From a bacterium (lineage in GTDB: Bacteria > Patescibacteriota > Minisyncoccia > UBA6257 > HR35): a stretch of 39,001 bases of DNA. The position numbers and the translations under genes are program-made. The notes below the pieces were generated by a model. That model was not told where the DNA came from. It made no database searches and worked only from the letters and a program-made list of their open reading frames with translations. Location of the stretch: the NCBI GenBank assembly GCA_037444025.1, contig JBBINE010000006.1, positions 1,935 to 40,935 on the forward strand, written 5' to 3'. Below, piece after piece: positions 23,439-32,157 of this stretch (the stretch's first letter is position 1; each line of letters starts with the position of its first letter).

Positions 23439-24644
23439 TTAGAAAGTTCTAATATATTTAGTTAAAGACATAAGAGGAACTAATAAAGAAGCTTCTAAAA
23501 GACCTAAACCTCCTCCTAAAATAAAAATCAAAATAGGTTGCAATGCTTCTCCCATATTAGTTAACTGCGTCTCTATTGTTTGATTATAAAATTGCAAAAT
23601 AGTAAAAGATGTTTCTACTAATTGCCCAGTTTTTTCTGCTATTGACAATGTTTCCACCATGATATGAGGAAAAAGATGGGGGAATTTTTGTAAACTTGAA
23701 CTTAAAGGTCTACCTCTTTTTACTTCTTCAATAACCGAGTCAATAGCTTCTTCGTATAGAGGATGATCAATACTTGTTTTAATAATAGTTAAAGCTTCAA
23801 TGATGGGAACTCCACCTTTAGATAAATAATATATTGATTCTAAAAATTGAGCTGCATAAATATTTTGAACTACTGGACCAATAATAGGCAGATTACCAAT
23901 TAAAGAAAAATAAATAACCTTGCCGTCTCTGCTTCTAAAATAGCGAGGTAAATAATAAACCAAAAATCCAATAATAATTAAAATTACAATAAAGTTTTTA
24001 GTCAAAGCGTCTGATATAGTCTGAAATGTTTTGGTAATTGTGGGTATAGGAATATCATTTTCTACAAATATTTTTGTTATCTGAGGAATTACTAAATAAA
24101 AAAGAGCAATCATAATTCCAATAAAAAGAACTAAAACAAAAACAGGATAAATTAAAGCTTGGATAAGCTTTCCTTTTAATCTAATTTGATTTTCAATATG
24201 ATCAGAAAGATATTTTAAAGTTTCATCCAGAGATCCACTAGCTTCTCCAATTCGCACCATCCCTATAAAATAACTATCAAATACATCAGAAAATTTTGAT
24301 AATGAATAGGAAAAAGGTAAACCGGCAACTAAATCATTATAAATTTGAATAAGAACTTCTTTGAAATAAGAATTTTTAGTTATTTCAGAAAGAATTTTAA
24401 CAGATTCATCAATAGGAGTTTTAGAAGAAACAAGATAAAAAAGTTGACGAGTAAACAAATAAATTTCTTTCTTGCTTGGTTTCAAAAATAAAACAGGAGT
24501 GAAATCTAAATTTTTTTCAATTAAACGAGTAACTAAAAGATTTTTGTTTTGAAGAATTTTTAATGCATCATCTTTGTTTTGTGCTTCAATAATACCTTCT
24601 ACTTTTTTACCTTCATTATCGAAAGCTTTAAATTCAAATTTCAT
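23439..24644 (-). CDS. pilC: Type IV pilus platform protein PilC (GspF family)
   Basis: 401 aa with the duplicated T2SSF architecture (cytoplasmic helical domain followed by TM helices, twice). Motifs include MVRIGEASGSLDETL and LSIAEKTGQL. ATGA junction with pilT. Confidence 0.88.
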   Translation of the reverse strand: MKFEFKAFDNEGKKVEGIIEAQNKDDALKILQNKNLLVTRLIEKNLDFTPVLFLKPSKKEIYLFTRQLFYLVSSKTPIDESVKILSEITKNSYFKEVLIQIYNDLVAGLPFSYSLSKFSDVFDSYFIGMVRIGEASGSLDETLKYLSDHIENQIRLKGKLIQALIYPVFVLVLFIGIMIALFYLVIPQITKIFVENDIPIPTITKTFQTISDALTKNFIVILIIIGFLVYYLPRYFRSRDGKVIYFSLIGNLPIIGPVVQNIYAAQFLESIYYLSKGGVPIIEALTIIKTSIDHPLYEEAIDSVIEEVKRGRPLSSSLQKFPHLFPHIMVETLSIAEKTGQLVETSFTILQFYNQTIETQLTNMGEALQPILIFILGGGLGLLEASLLVPLMSLTKYIRTF

Positions 24645-25705
24645 TCTTCAATAATGTATTTTAACTTAGATGGATTTAAACTAAATTCAATAGCTTTCTC
24701 TATGGATATTTCATTTACTTGAACCAAGTTAGCTAAAGATCTATCTAAAGATATCATTCCTTCCTGAAGACTGGTATCAATAACGCTATCAATTTGGTAA
24801 ATTTTATTTTCACGAATAAGATTTTTAACAGCACTATTAGCTATCAAGACTTCACAAGCAGGAATTCTACCGCCTTTTATTCGAGGAACTAATCTTTGAG
24901 AAAGAATGCCAATCAAAGAAGAAGCTAATTGAAATCTAGCTTGATCTTGTTGATTTTCAGGAAGTACATCTACGATTCTATCAATGGTTTGAGAAGCAGA
25001 GTTAGTATGAAGAGTTCCTAAAACTAAATGCCCTGTTTCAGCTGCTGTTAAAGCGATAGAAATGGATTCTGGATCTCTTAATTCTCCTATCATAATTACA
25101 TCAGGATCTTCTCTTAAGGCCGCTCTTAAAGCCCTATGCCAAGAAAATGAATGAGTGGGAATCTCTCTTTGGGAAATAACTGACTTATCAGGTTCAAATA
25201 AATATTCTATTGGTTCTTCAATAGTAATAATATGAGCAGACCTACGGTGATTAATAGCATCAATTAAAGAAGCTAAGGTAGTTGATTTTCCCATTCCTGC
25301 TGGACCTGTAATCAAGATAAACCCTTGACGTCTTTCAATAAATTCGTTCAATATGGGAGGCAAATTTAATTCCTCAATACTTTTAATTTCGTTGGGAATC
25401 AACCTAAAAGCACCAGCGCAACCATTAATCTGAAAATAAATATTACTTCTAAATCTATTTTTCTCGTCGAGCGAAAAAGAAAAATCTATATCTTTATATT
25501 TGTATAATCTTTTTTTATTACTTTCATTGTCTATCAAATCAAGCAAAATTCTTTCTGTTTCTTCTCGGGTAAAAATATTAAACCTTGTTAAAGGATAAAT
25601 ATCACCATCTTTTCTCATAATAGGAAAATTTCCTGGAATAATATGAAGATCTGAAGCTCCTTGTTTGGTAATAAAATAAAATAGTTCTCTTAATCTCTCG
25701 TCCAT
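24641..25705 (-). CDS. pilT: Type IV pilus retraction ATPase PilT
   Basis: GASDLHI, Walker A GPAGMGKSTT, ITIEEPIEY, ALRAALREDPDVIMIGELRD, AAETGHLVLGTLHTNSA and AVKNLIRENKIYQI (the PilT-specific AIRNLIRE-like motif). 354 aa. Confidence 0.92.
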   Translation of the reverse strand: MDERLRELFYFITKQGASDLHIIPGNFPIMRKDGDIYPLTRFNIFTREETERILLDLIDNESNKKRLYKYKDIDFSFSLDEKNRFRSNIYFQINGCAGAFRLIPNEIKSIEELNLPPILNEFIERRQGFILITGPAGMGKSTTLASLIDAINHRRSAHIITIEEPIEYLFEPDKSVISQREIPTHSFSWHRALRAALREDPDVIMIGELRDPESISIALTAAETGHLVLGTLHTNSASQTIDRIVDVLPENQQDQARFQLASSLIGILSQRLVPRIKGGRIPACEVLIANSAVKNLIRENKIYQIDSVIDTSLQEGMISLDRSLANLVQVNEISIEKAIEFSLNPSKLKYIIEE

Positions 25706-27411
25706 TATATTGATTTAAAGACTTCTTCTAATGAAACTAATCCCTGACTTGCTTTTATTATACCATCTGCTTTAAAAGAAACAAAACCTTGTTTTTTAAC
25801 TACTTCAAAAATTTCTTGTTCACTAGCATGAGAAAAAACTAATTCCGCAACTTCTTTATTCATTTCAAACATTTCAAAAATACCAATTCTGCCTGTATAA
25901 CCACGAAAATGACATTTTTCGCATCCTTTTGAGTAAAAAGATTTAATTTCTAAGTTTTGATACTCCCGAGGAGCATCTTGTAAAACTTCTTTAACTTCTT
26001 TCAACAGTTCGTCAGATATCTCTTTTTCTTCACGACAGTAAGAACAAAGTTTACGAACCAGTCTTTGGGCAATCACTAAGTTAACTGTTGAAGGAATAAA
26101 ATAAGATTTAACTCCCATGTCGATAAGTCTCGGAATAGCTCCTACAGCGCTATTAGTATGCAAAGTAGAAAAAACAATGTGACCAGTTAAAGCTGCATGT
26201 ACTGCAAGCTCAGCGGTTTCTTCATCTCTAATCTCTCCGACCAAAATAACATCAGGATCTTGTCTTAAAATTTCCCTTAAACCTTGAGAAAAAGAATAAC
26301 CTATTTCTGGTCTTATTTGAGATTGGTTAATCCCTAAAATTTTATATTCAACTGGATCTTCCAAACTAACAATATTTATTTTTTCGTTGTTTACCTCTTG
26401 AACTAAAGCATAAAGAGTAGTTGTCTTACCTGAACCCGTTGGTCCAGTAACCAAAATCATGCCATAATTTTTCCTTATATTTCTTTTTACTAATTCATAA
26501 TGATATTCACTAAAACCAAGTTCTTGAACTTTTTTTAAACCCACTAATGGATCTAAAATTCTAATAGCTACCTTTTCTCCATTTATAGTCGGAAATATTC
26601 CCACACGAAAGTCTATTTCTCTTCCTTGAATATTGCTTCTAAATCTTCCATCTTGGGTTATTCTTGTTTCATCTAGCTTTAAGTTGGTTAAAATTTTGAC
26701 TCTATTTACCAAAGGAAGATGAATATCCTTAGGAATATAGACAAAAATTTTTAAATCTCCATAAATCCTCAATCTAATCCTTGCTTTGTCGGGTAAAGGT
26801 TCTAAGTGAATATCCGAAGCTTTAAGAGAAATTGCTTTTCTTAAAAGCAACTCAAAAATTCTAATGACTGGCGCTTCTTCGGCACTAGTAACAAATCCTT
26901 CTAAAGAAGGAGTTTTTTCTGTTTCACCTTTTTTACCTGATACAGTCCTGAAATCTAAAATTAATTTTTTAATTTCTTCATCAAAATCATGGTAATCTTC
27001 TAAATGAATATAAAAATCCTTAATAGAAATTAAAAATAATTTAATCTCTATGTTGAATTTTTCTTTTAAGGGAGCAATAACTTTGTTTTCTATTTGAAAA
27101 TTTTGGGGATCAACTACACCGAGATAAAGAACATTGTTTTTAAACTCCAAAGGTAAAACCATGAAAGAACGAGCCATAGCTTCAGGAATTTTTTCTAAAG
27201 CTTCTCGAGAAATAATTTCATCTTCATCAAATTTTTTAATCGGTAGATTAAAAATTTTTTGTTTTAATTCTAAAATATCTTCAGCTGAAACCAAATCCTT
27301 TAAAAACAAATATTCCTCAGGACTTACATTATGAATCTTAGCCTCATTAAACCATTTTTCTATTTCAGGATATTTTTGCTTTAATTCTTTAATTAATATT
27401 TCTTCTTGCAT
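25705..27411 (-). CDS. pilB: Type IV pilus assembly (extension) ATPase PilB/GspE
   Basis: 568 aa with a GspE_N-like N-terminal domain. Walker A GPTGSGKTTT, SLEDPVEY, LRQDPDVILVGEIRD, LTGHIVFSTLHTN, and a tetracysteine motif (CSYC ... CEKC). Confidence 0.92.
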   Translation of the reverse strand: MQEEILIKELKQKYPEIEKWFNEAKIHNVSPEEYLFLKDLVSAEDILELKQKIFNLPIKKFDEDEIISREALEKIPEAMARSFMVLPLEFKNNVLYLGVVDPQNFQIENKVIAPLKEKFNIEIKLFLISIKDFYIHLEDYHDFDEEIKKLILDFRTVSGKKGETEKTPSLEGFVTSAEEAPVIRIFELLLRKAISLKASDIHLEPLPDKARIRLRIYGDLKIFVYIPKDIHLPLVNRVKILTNLKLDETRITQDGRFRSNIQGREIDFRVGIFPTINGEKVAIRILDPLVGLKKVQELGFSEYHYELVKRNIRKNYGMILVTGPTGSGKTTTLYALVQEVNNEKINIVSLEDPVEYKILGINQSQIRPEIGYSFSQGLREILRQDPDVILVGEIRDEETAELAVHAALTGHIVFSTLHTNSAVGAIPRLIDMGVKSYFIPSTVNLVIAQRLVRKLCSYCREEKEISDELLKEVKEVLQDAPREYQNLEIKSFYSKGCEKCHFRGYTGRIGIFEMFEMNKEVAELVFSHASEQEIFEVVKKQGFVSFKADGIIKASQGLVSLEEVFKSI

Positions 27412-27433
27412 GATTTAGATATTTTACCAAAAA

Positions 27434-27700
27434 TTAAAACAATTTTTCTTTACCTAGTTCCTCTGGAGTAATAGGAGGTATTTGCAATTCCACATCTGGT
27501 AATTTATCAATAATATTATCTTTCAAGCCTTTATAATCATAAGTTTTCATATAGGTAGCTATTTGAGAAACTTGCTGAATTTCAGTATCTTGTTCTAGAT
27601 ATTCTTTTTTGAAGATACCAAAATACCAAAATAAAACAAGAATAAAACCTGTTAATAAAATCACGTATATTAAAAAGAATAGCACTGTCCTTAAGCTCAT
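27434..27700 (-). CDS. Small bitopic membrane protein of unknown function within the pilus operon
   Basis: 88 aa with a single N-terminal TM helix (VLFFLIYVILLTGFILVLFWYFGIF) and a polar tail of about 55 aa. Its ATG overlaps the stop of the preceding PilO-like gene (ATGA). I recognise no family. Confidence 0.55.
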   Translation of the reverse strand: MSLRTVLFFLIYVILLTGFILVLFWYFGIFKKEYLEQDTEIQQVSQIATYMKTYDYKGLKDNIIDKLPDVELQIPPITPEELGKEKLF

Positions 27701-28227
27701 TTTTCAGGAAGAAAGTAAGTTTCGACCTCGAGACTAGCCTTTTGATCTCGACTAAAGGAAAATTTTCTAATCTTCATAATTCTGACATTGCTTTCGATAG
27801 CTTTGACTATTTTTAGAACCTGGTCTTCGTTCCCTTGAATATCTAAATTAAAACGGATAACTTTTAAGGGAAGCACATAGGATGAATTTTTATCTTCTTC
27901 AATATTAAAACTGAAACCCTTAAAACTCATATTAGCTGAACTAAAGATAGCAGCTAAAGAAAAATATAATTCTTCTATCTTGGGTTCAGGTGGTATCCAG
28001 TTATTTAAAGAACCTCTACGTTTAATTAAAGTTTGTAAGGTTTCAGTATTTTTTAGTTCCTCAAGGTTAGCTTCAATAGCTTTAACCTGCTCCTCTCTGC
28101 TTTTAAGTTCATTAAATTTTTGAACCAACTGATAAGTATTTTGATAATTAGGATAAATTTTATAAAAAAGGAAATAAGCAATAAACAAAAATAGAAGCGT
28201 AGGTATAAATTTTATTATGTTATTCAT
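27697..28227 (-). CDS. PilO-like pilus alignment protein (architecture-level call)
   Basis: 176 aa with an N-terminal TM helix, a coiled-coil (QLVQKFNELKSREEQVKAIEANLEELKN), then an alpha/beta domain of about 90 aa. It sits after the PilM and PilN-like genes. ATGA junctions on both sides. Confidence 0.6.
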   Translation of the reverse strand: MNNIIKFIPTLLFLFIAYFLFYKIYPNYQNTYQLVQKFNELKSREEQVKAIEANLEELKNTETLQTLIKRRGSLNNWIPPEPKIEELYFSLAAIFSSANMSFKGFSFNIEEDKNSSYVLPLKVIRFNLDIQGNEDQVLKIVKAIESNVRIMKIRKFSFSRDQKASLEVETYFLPEK

Positions 28228-28709
28228 TTGTAAAAACTATCGTTTATCCCCAAGGTTACTTTAAGATTAATTAATTTATTATCTTCGGAAATTTGTGGTT
28301 GTAAAGAAGATTTCAAAACAAAATCTGGATGATTTTTAAAGTAATTAGCTATTCTTATATAGTCACGCCAATTATTAATTTTAAAGGAAAACTCAATTTC
28401 CTTTTTATCATTATCGTAAGAAAAGGAATCAATAAAAATGAATTTAGGCATTCTGGCTTTAAAATTAGCTACTACTTGATTGACTGATTTTTTGTTTTCG
28501 CTAATTCTTCTTAGGTGATCAGCTTGAGAAAAAACATAATAAACACCCTCCTGTTTTAAATTAGTTAGAATCTGGGATTCTTTTTGTTTTAATCCAGATT
28601 CCAGAAAAGCAATTTTTTCTTCTAAAATACCATTAAATTTAGTAAGACTAAAGAAAAACAAAAACTCTAAAACAATAAGTATGATAAAAGGTAAAAAAAT
28701 TTTTACCAT
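28224..28709 (-). CDS. PilN-like pilus alignment protein (architecture-level call)
   Basis: 161 aa with an N-terminal TM helix, a short coiled-coil, then an alpha/beta domain. It sits immediately after pilM. The canonical cytoplasmic INLLP peptide is not visible (the N-terminus is MVKIFLPFII). Confidence 0.5.
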   Translation of the reverse strand: MVKIFLPFIILIVLEFLFFFSLTKFNGILEEKIAFLESGLKQKESQILTNLKQEGVYYVFSQADHLRRISENKKSVNQVVANFKARMPKFIFIDSFSYDNDKKEIEFSFKINNWRDYIRIANYFKNHPDFVLKSSLQPQISEDNKLINLKVTLGINDSFYK

Positions 28710-28761
28710 TAATTTTTTCTAATTTAAATTTATTATTGTTAATTATATCATACTTTTTAAA

Positions 28762-29799
28762 TTATTTTACTTTTCTCAACAAAACACCAACAGCTTGACT
28801 AAAAACGGTTGTTTTTTCTTTTAAAGATAAAAATTTTTCTCCCAAAACAAAATTAGTTAAAGACAAAATTTCTTGTTGGTAATTAGAAAGTTTTGGAAGT
28901 AATACTTCTTCAAAGCCAGGAAATAAGCAACCTCCTCCGGTCCAATAAATTTTTTCTATTCTCAAAAGAAAATTATTTTCAATTTTGAGGATTTCTTCTT
29001 GAATAGATCGGGTAAAATTATTAACAAAATCATCAATCAAATATTTAACCTCTTGATCTTCTGGATTTACTAAAAAACCTGTTTTTTTAAGAAAATCAAA
29101 AACATCTTCTTCTGAAAATTGAAGAATTTTTATAATTGATCCAACTAAATCATAAATTTTTATCCTTAGTTTGTTAGTATAAATAACCTTTCCTTCTTTT
29201 ACTAAGAAAACGCTTGACAAAGAGTGCCCAAAATCGATTATAAAATAAATTCCCGGTTTAGAAGCAAAATAAGGTTCAAGGTTAAATTGCTCAGGACTAT
29301 GTCCTAAATTTTTTAACTGAGATAATTTAGCTAAATTTTCAAGTTTCTTTAAGTAATTCTTGGGAATAGCTGAAAGAAAAACTAACCATTGCTTGTTGTC
29401 TTCGGTTTCAAACTGAAGATAACGATATTCTATTTCAACCTCATCTAAAGGTAAAGGTACTTGCTTTTGGGATTCAAACTTAATTACCTGGGACAAACTT
29501 TTTTCAGGAATATTAGGGATTAAAAAATTAGAATAAAAAACATAAGGACTTAAAACATTAAAAAAAGCTTTTTTGGTTTTCATTTTTGACTCTTTTAGAA
29601 AAGAATCTATTATTCCAGCAATATTTTCTTCTAAAATATAAGAAGATAAGCTAAAATCTCTATAGCTAAAAATAGGAATCAAACCAAAATTTATTATTTC
29701 TAATTTTTCTTTCTTTAAAACAGCTTCAATAATTTTTATATTCAAAGAACCTAAATCAATGCTTAAAAAGCGCTTATTACCTAACAAGGGAAAAACCAT
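28762..29799 (-). CDS. pilM: Type IV pilus assembly protein PilM (actin-like ATPase fold)
   Basis: The track start at 29814 is TTG; the first ATG is at 29799 (MVFPLLGNKRFLSIDLGSLNIKIIEA, the phosphate-1-like motif). It also has IIDFGHS and a C-terminal YWTGGGCLFPGF (the adenosine/phosphate-2 region). It is the first gene of the pilus operon. Confidence 0.8.
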   Translation of the reverse strand: MVFPLLGNKRFLSIDLGSLNIKIIEAVLKKEKLEIINFGLIPIFSYRDFSLSSYILEENIAGIIDSFLKESKMKTKKAFFNVLSPYVFYSNFLIPNIPEKSLSQVIKFESQKQVPLPLDEVEIEYRYLQFETEDNKQWLVFLSAIPKNYLKKLENLAKLSQLKNLGHSPEQFNLEPYFASKPGIYFIIDFGHSLSSVFLVKEGKVIYTNKLRIKIYDLVGSIIKILQFSEEDVFDFLKKTGFLVNPEDQEVKYLIDDFVNNFTRSIQEEILKIENNFLLRIEKIYWTGGGCLFPGFEEVLLPKLSNYQQEILSLTNFVLGEKFLSLKEKTTVFSQAVGVLLRKVK

Positions 29800-30475
29800 A
29801 ATTAAATTATACAATTACTTTAAAGAAATTATTGCTCCTAAATTTTGTTTAGAATGTTTAAAATATCAAAAATTCTATCTGTGCCCTGACTGTTTAATGA
29901 AAACAGGATTTGAAATCAATTTTTCTTGTCTTGAATGCGAACAAAGATTAGTTTTAACTCAACTAAAAAAACATCCATTTCCACATCGAAAGTTAATAAA
30001 TTTTTTAATAAGTTTTAATAATTATGAAAACAAAATTTTATCTGATTTAATTATTAAAGGAAAAACGGAAGGAATTTTTGAAATTTTTATTGATTTTGGC
30101 ATTTATATTTCTAATGAAATGAAAAATTGTAATCTAAAAAATTATTTCTTAGTACCAGTACCCATTACTTCCAAAAAACTTATCCAAAGAGGATTTAATC
30201 AGTCAGAAGTTTTGGCTCAAACTATCAGTAAAAAATTGGGCTTAAAAATTTACCACGACTTACACAAAATAAAAGAGACACCTGACCAAAATGAATTAGC
30301 ATATGAAAAAAGACTAAAAAATCTAAAAAATTCTTTTAAAACAACCTCTCAAGCACCTGCTTATGCAATTTTAATTGATGACATTAAAACCACTGGCACA
30401 ACTCTTAAAGAATGTGCTTTAGCTTTAAGATCATCAGGAACTAAAAAAATAATTGCTTTAACAATACTTAGATAG
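29759..30475 (+). CDS. comF: ComF family protein (phosphoribosyltransferase domain, ComFC-like)
   Basis: An N-terminal Cys pair (CLEC...CPDC, a second pair further on), LVPVPITSKKLIQRGFNQSEVLA, and the PRT motif ILIDDIKTTGTTL. Its ATG at 29759 lies inside the pilM coding region on the opposite strand. Confidence 0.85.
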   Translation: MLKKRLLPNKGKTIIKLYNYFKEIIAPKFCLECLKYQKFYLCPDCLMKTGFEINFSCLECEQRLVLTQLKKHPFPHRKLINFLISFNNYENKILSDLIIKGKTEGIFEIFIDFGIYISNEMKNCNLKNYFLVPVPITSKKLIQRGFNQSEVLAQTISKKLGLKIYHDLHKIKETPDQNELAYEKRLKNLKNSFKTTSQAPAYAILIDDIKTTGTTLKECALALRSSGTKKIIALTILR

Positions 30476-31196
30476 AAGCAGAAATTATTTTTTCTATCTC
30501 TTGCATATCGGTTGCCGCTTTTCCTAAAACATAACCATCAAAACACAAATCAGAATAAAAAGATTTTAAAGTTGAATTATAGGAACCACCATAAAAAATG
30601 GGAAAATTAAACCTATTTTTATACCATCTTAAAAAATCACTCAAGAATTTGACCGAGGGTATTTTGCCCCTTTCCGTACTGATAGCCCACCATGGCTCGT
30701 AAACCAAATAAATTTTTTTATAATTTTCTTTTTTTATCACCTTAATTATTTCTTTTATCTTGATATTTATTTGTTCTTCAACTCTAGCAAAATTGTTTTG
30801 AGGAAGATAGGAATTCTCGCTAAAAAATATAACCAGATTAAAATTTTTGTTTTGAAGAGTTTTTATTTTTTCTTTGATTATCTCTAAATTCTCTCCTAAG
30901 CGATATCTTTCTGAATGTCCAATTAAAACAAAATCAATTTTATTGACCAATTCAAAATCATATATAATCTCTCCTGTTTGAGGTTTAGGAGAAATAAAAC
31001 TCATATTTTGTAGTCCTATTTTTATTTGACTGTTTTTATTTTTTTTAACTAGAGGTAATATTTTTAAATAAAAATAAGGATTAATTGAAAGCCAAAATTT
31101 GTTTTCCTTAGTTTTTACTTTCTTAAGCTTATTGATAAAATTTAAATATTCTCTGCTTTTAGTAAAATAAGTTTTAAAATTTAAAACTAAAATCAT
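30468..31196 (-). CDS. tpiA: Triosephosphate isomerase (divergent)
   Basis: The catalytic landmarks are present in order: LNFKTY (Asn/Lys), LIGHSERY (His), YEPWWAIST (Glu) and FYGGSYN. 242 aa. Confidence 0.8.
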   Translation of the reverse strand: MILVLNFKTYFTKSREYLNFINKLKKVKTKENKFWLSINPYFYLKILPLVKKNKNSQIKIGLQNMSFISPKPQTGEIIYDFELVNKIDFVLIGHSERYRLGENLEIIKEKIKTLQNKNFNLVIFFSENSYLPQNNFARVEEQINIKIKEIIKVIKKENYKKIYLVYEPWWAISTERGKIPSVKFLSDFLRWYKNRFNFPIFYGGSYNSTLKSFYSDLCFDGYVLGKAATDMQEIEKIISASI

Positions 31197-31237
31197 TTAC
31201 AAATTAGACATTTAACTCGAAGGTTAAATTACCTATG

Positions 31238-31311
31238 GGTGAGGAACGGGATTCGAACCCGCGACCTCCTGCTCCACAGGCAGGCGCTCTAACCGCTGAG
31301 CTACCCTCACC
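31238..31311 (-). tRNA. tRNA-His (anticodon GUG) with genome-encoded G-1
   Basis: The reverse complement folds as G(-1)-GTGAGGG-TA-GCTC-AGCGGTTA-GAGC-G-CCTGC-CTGTGGA-GCAGG-AGGTC-GCGGG-TTCGAAT-CCCGT-TCCTCAC-C73. The extra 5' G lies opposite C73, the bacterial tRNA-His hallmark. A full CCA is not encoded. Confidence 0.9.
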
Positions 31312-31332
31312 ATCTTATCCTCAATATAAAAA

Positions 31333-32145
31333 TTATATTATTTTTTTGCTTTCTTGAAAAATTTTGTCAATTTCTGCCAAAGAAAGTCCAGATATCTTTC
31401 TTAAGTAGTTTTTATCTTTAGATATAAAATCTGATACCAAAACAATATCATTGTTAAATAAGTTTTTCAAAATTTTTAAGGAAATAAAATCAAATATTGT
31501 TAAAGGATAAATCTTTTTAAACTCAATTAAATAAGCTAAATTTTCTTTTGGAGGATAATTCCAAGAAATCAGGTTTATTCCGTAACATGTGGAAAATTTT
31601 ATTCCCTCTTGAGTAAACTTAGTATTAGTAACAATTAAAGGATATGATTCTTGACTAAGATTATTTTTGATATCTAAATATCTAGCATAAGAATACAAAA
31701 CAACATGAAGATCGTTTTTTTTATTCCAGTAATGTCGGAATTTACATTCACCAATATAGATTTTACTCTCAAGTTCGGCTAAAATATCAACTTCATATTT
31801 TAAACACTTTCCCTCTAAAAAAAGGTTGTGCTTGGTTTGATAGCCGTAAAAAGATAGCAAATGAGCTATAAATTTTTCAAAAGGATATCCAGTTGGTCCT
31901 AAAGCTAAAATAGCTTTTTTAAGATTATAACGATAACCTTTTTCTTTATTATCCTTTTTGAGATAATTATGAATAAACCTAAACAACTGATCAGTGGTAA
32001 CTACAGAAGGTAGATTTTTATCAATTAAAAAAAGAATTTCTTCAATTTTATCTCGTGGAACTTGTAATTTTTCTAAACTGTTAATTATTTTAGAAGGATA
32101 ATAAGGTTCCTTAATTTTATTTCTTTTAATAACAATTTGAGGCAT
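31333..32145 (-). CDS. ATP-cone domain protein fused to an Mrr-like (PD-(D/E)xK) restriction-endonuclease domain and a C-terminal HhH-like motif
   Basis: The N-terminus VIKRNKIKEPYYPSKIINSL ... TTDQLFRFIHNYL follows the ATP-cone pattern. The middle region GYPFEKFIAHLLSFYGYQT...YEVDILAE...IYIGECKF has Mrr_cat-like E / D / ExK spacing. The tail LRKISGLSLAEIDKI is helix-hairpin-helix-like. Confidence 0.7.
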   Translation of the reverse strand: MPQIVIKRNKIKEPYYPSKIINSLEKLQVPRDKIEEILFLIDKNLPSVVTTDQLFRFIHNYLKKDNKEKGYRYNLKKAILALGPTGYPFEKFIAHLLSFYGYQTKHNLFLEGKCLKYEVDILAELESKIYIGECKFRHYWNKKNDLHVVLYSYARYLDIKNNLSQESYPLIVTNTKFTQEGIKFSTCYGINLISWNYPPKENLAYLIEFKKIYPLTIFDFISLKILKNLFNNDIVLVSDFISKDKNYLRKISGLSLAEIDKIFQESKKII

Positions 32146-32157
32146 TTATTGTTATCC

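Noticed and set aside
27134-27334. Track ORF of 66 aa antisense to pilB
   Set aside because: It lies inside the conserved pilB gene and has no independent support.
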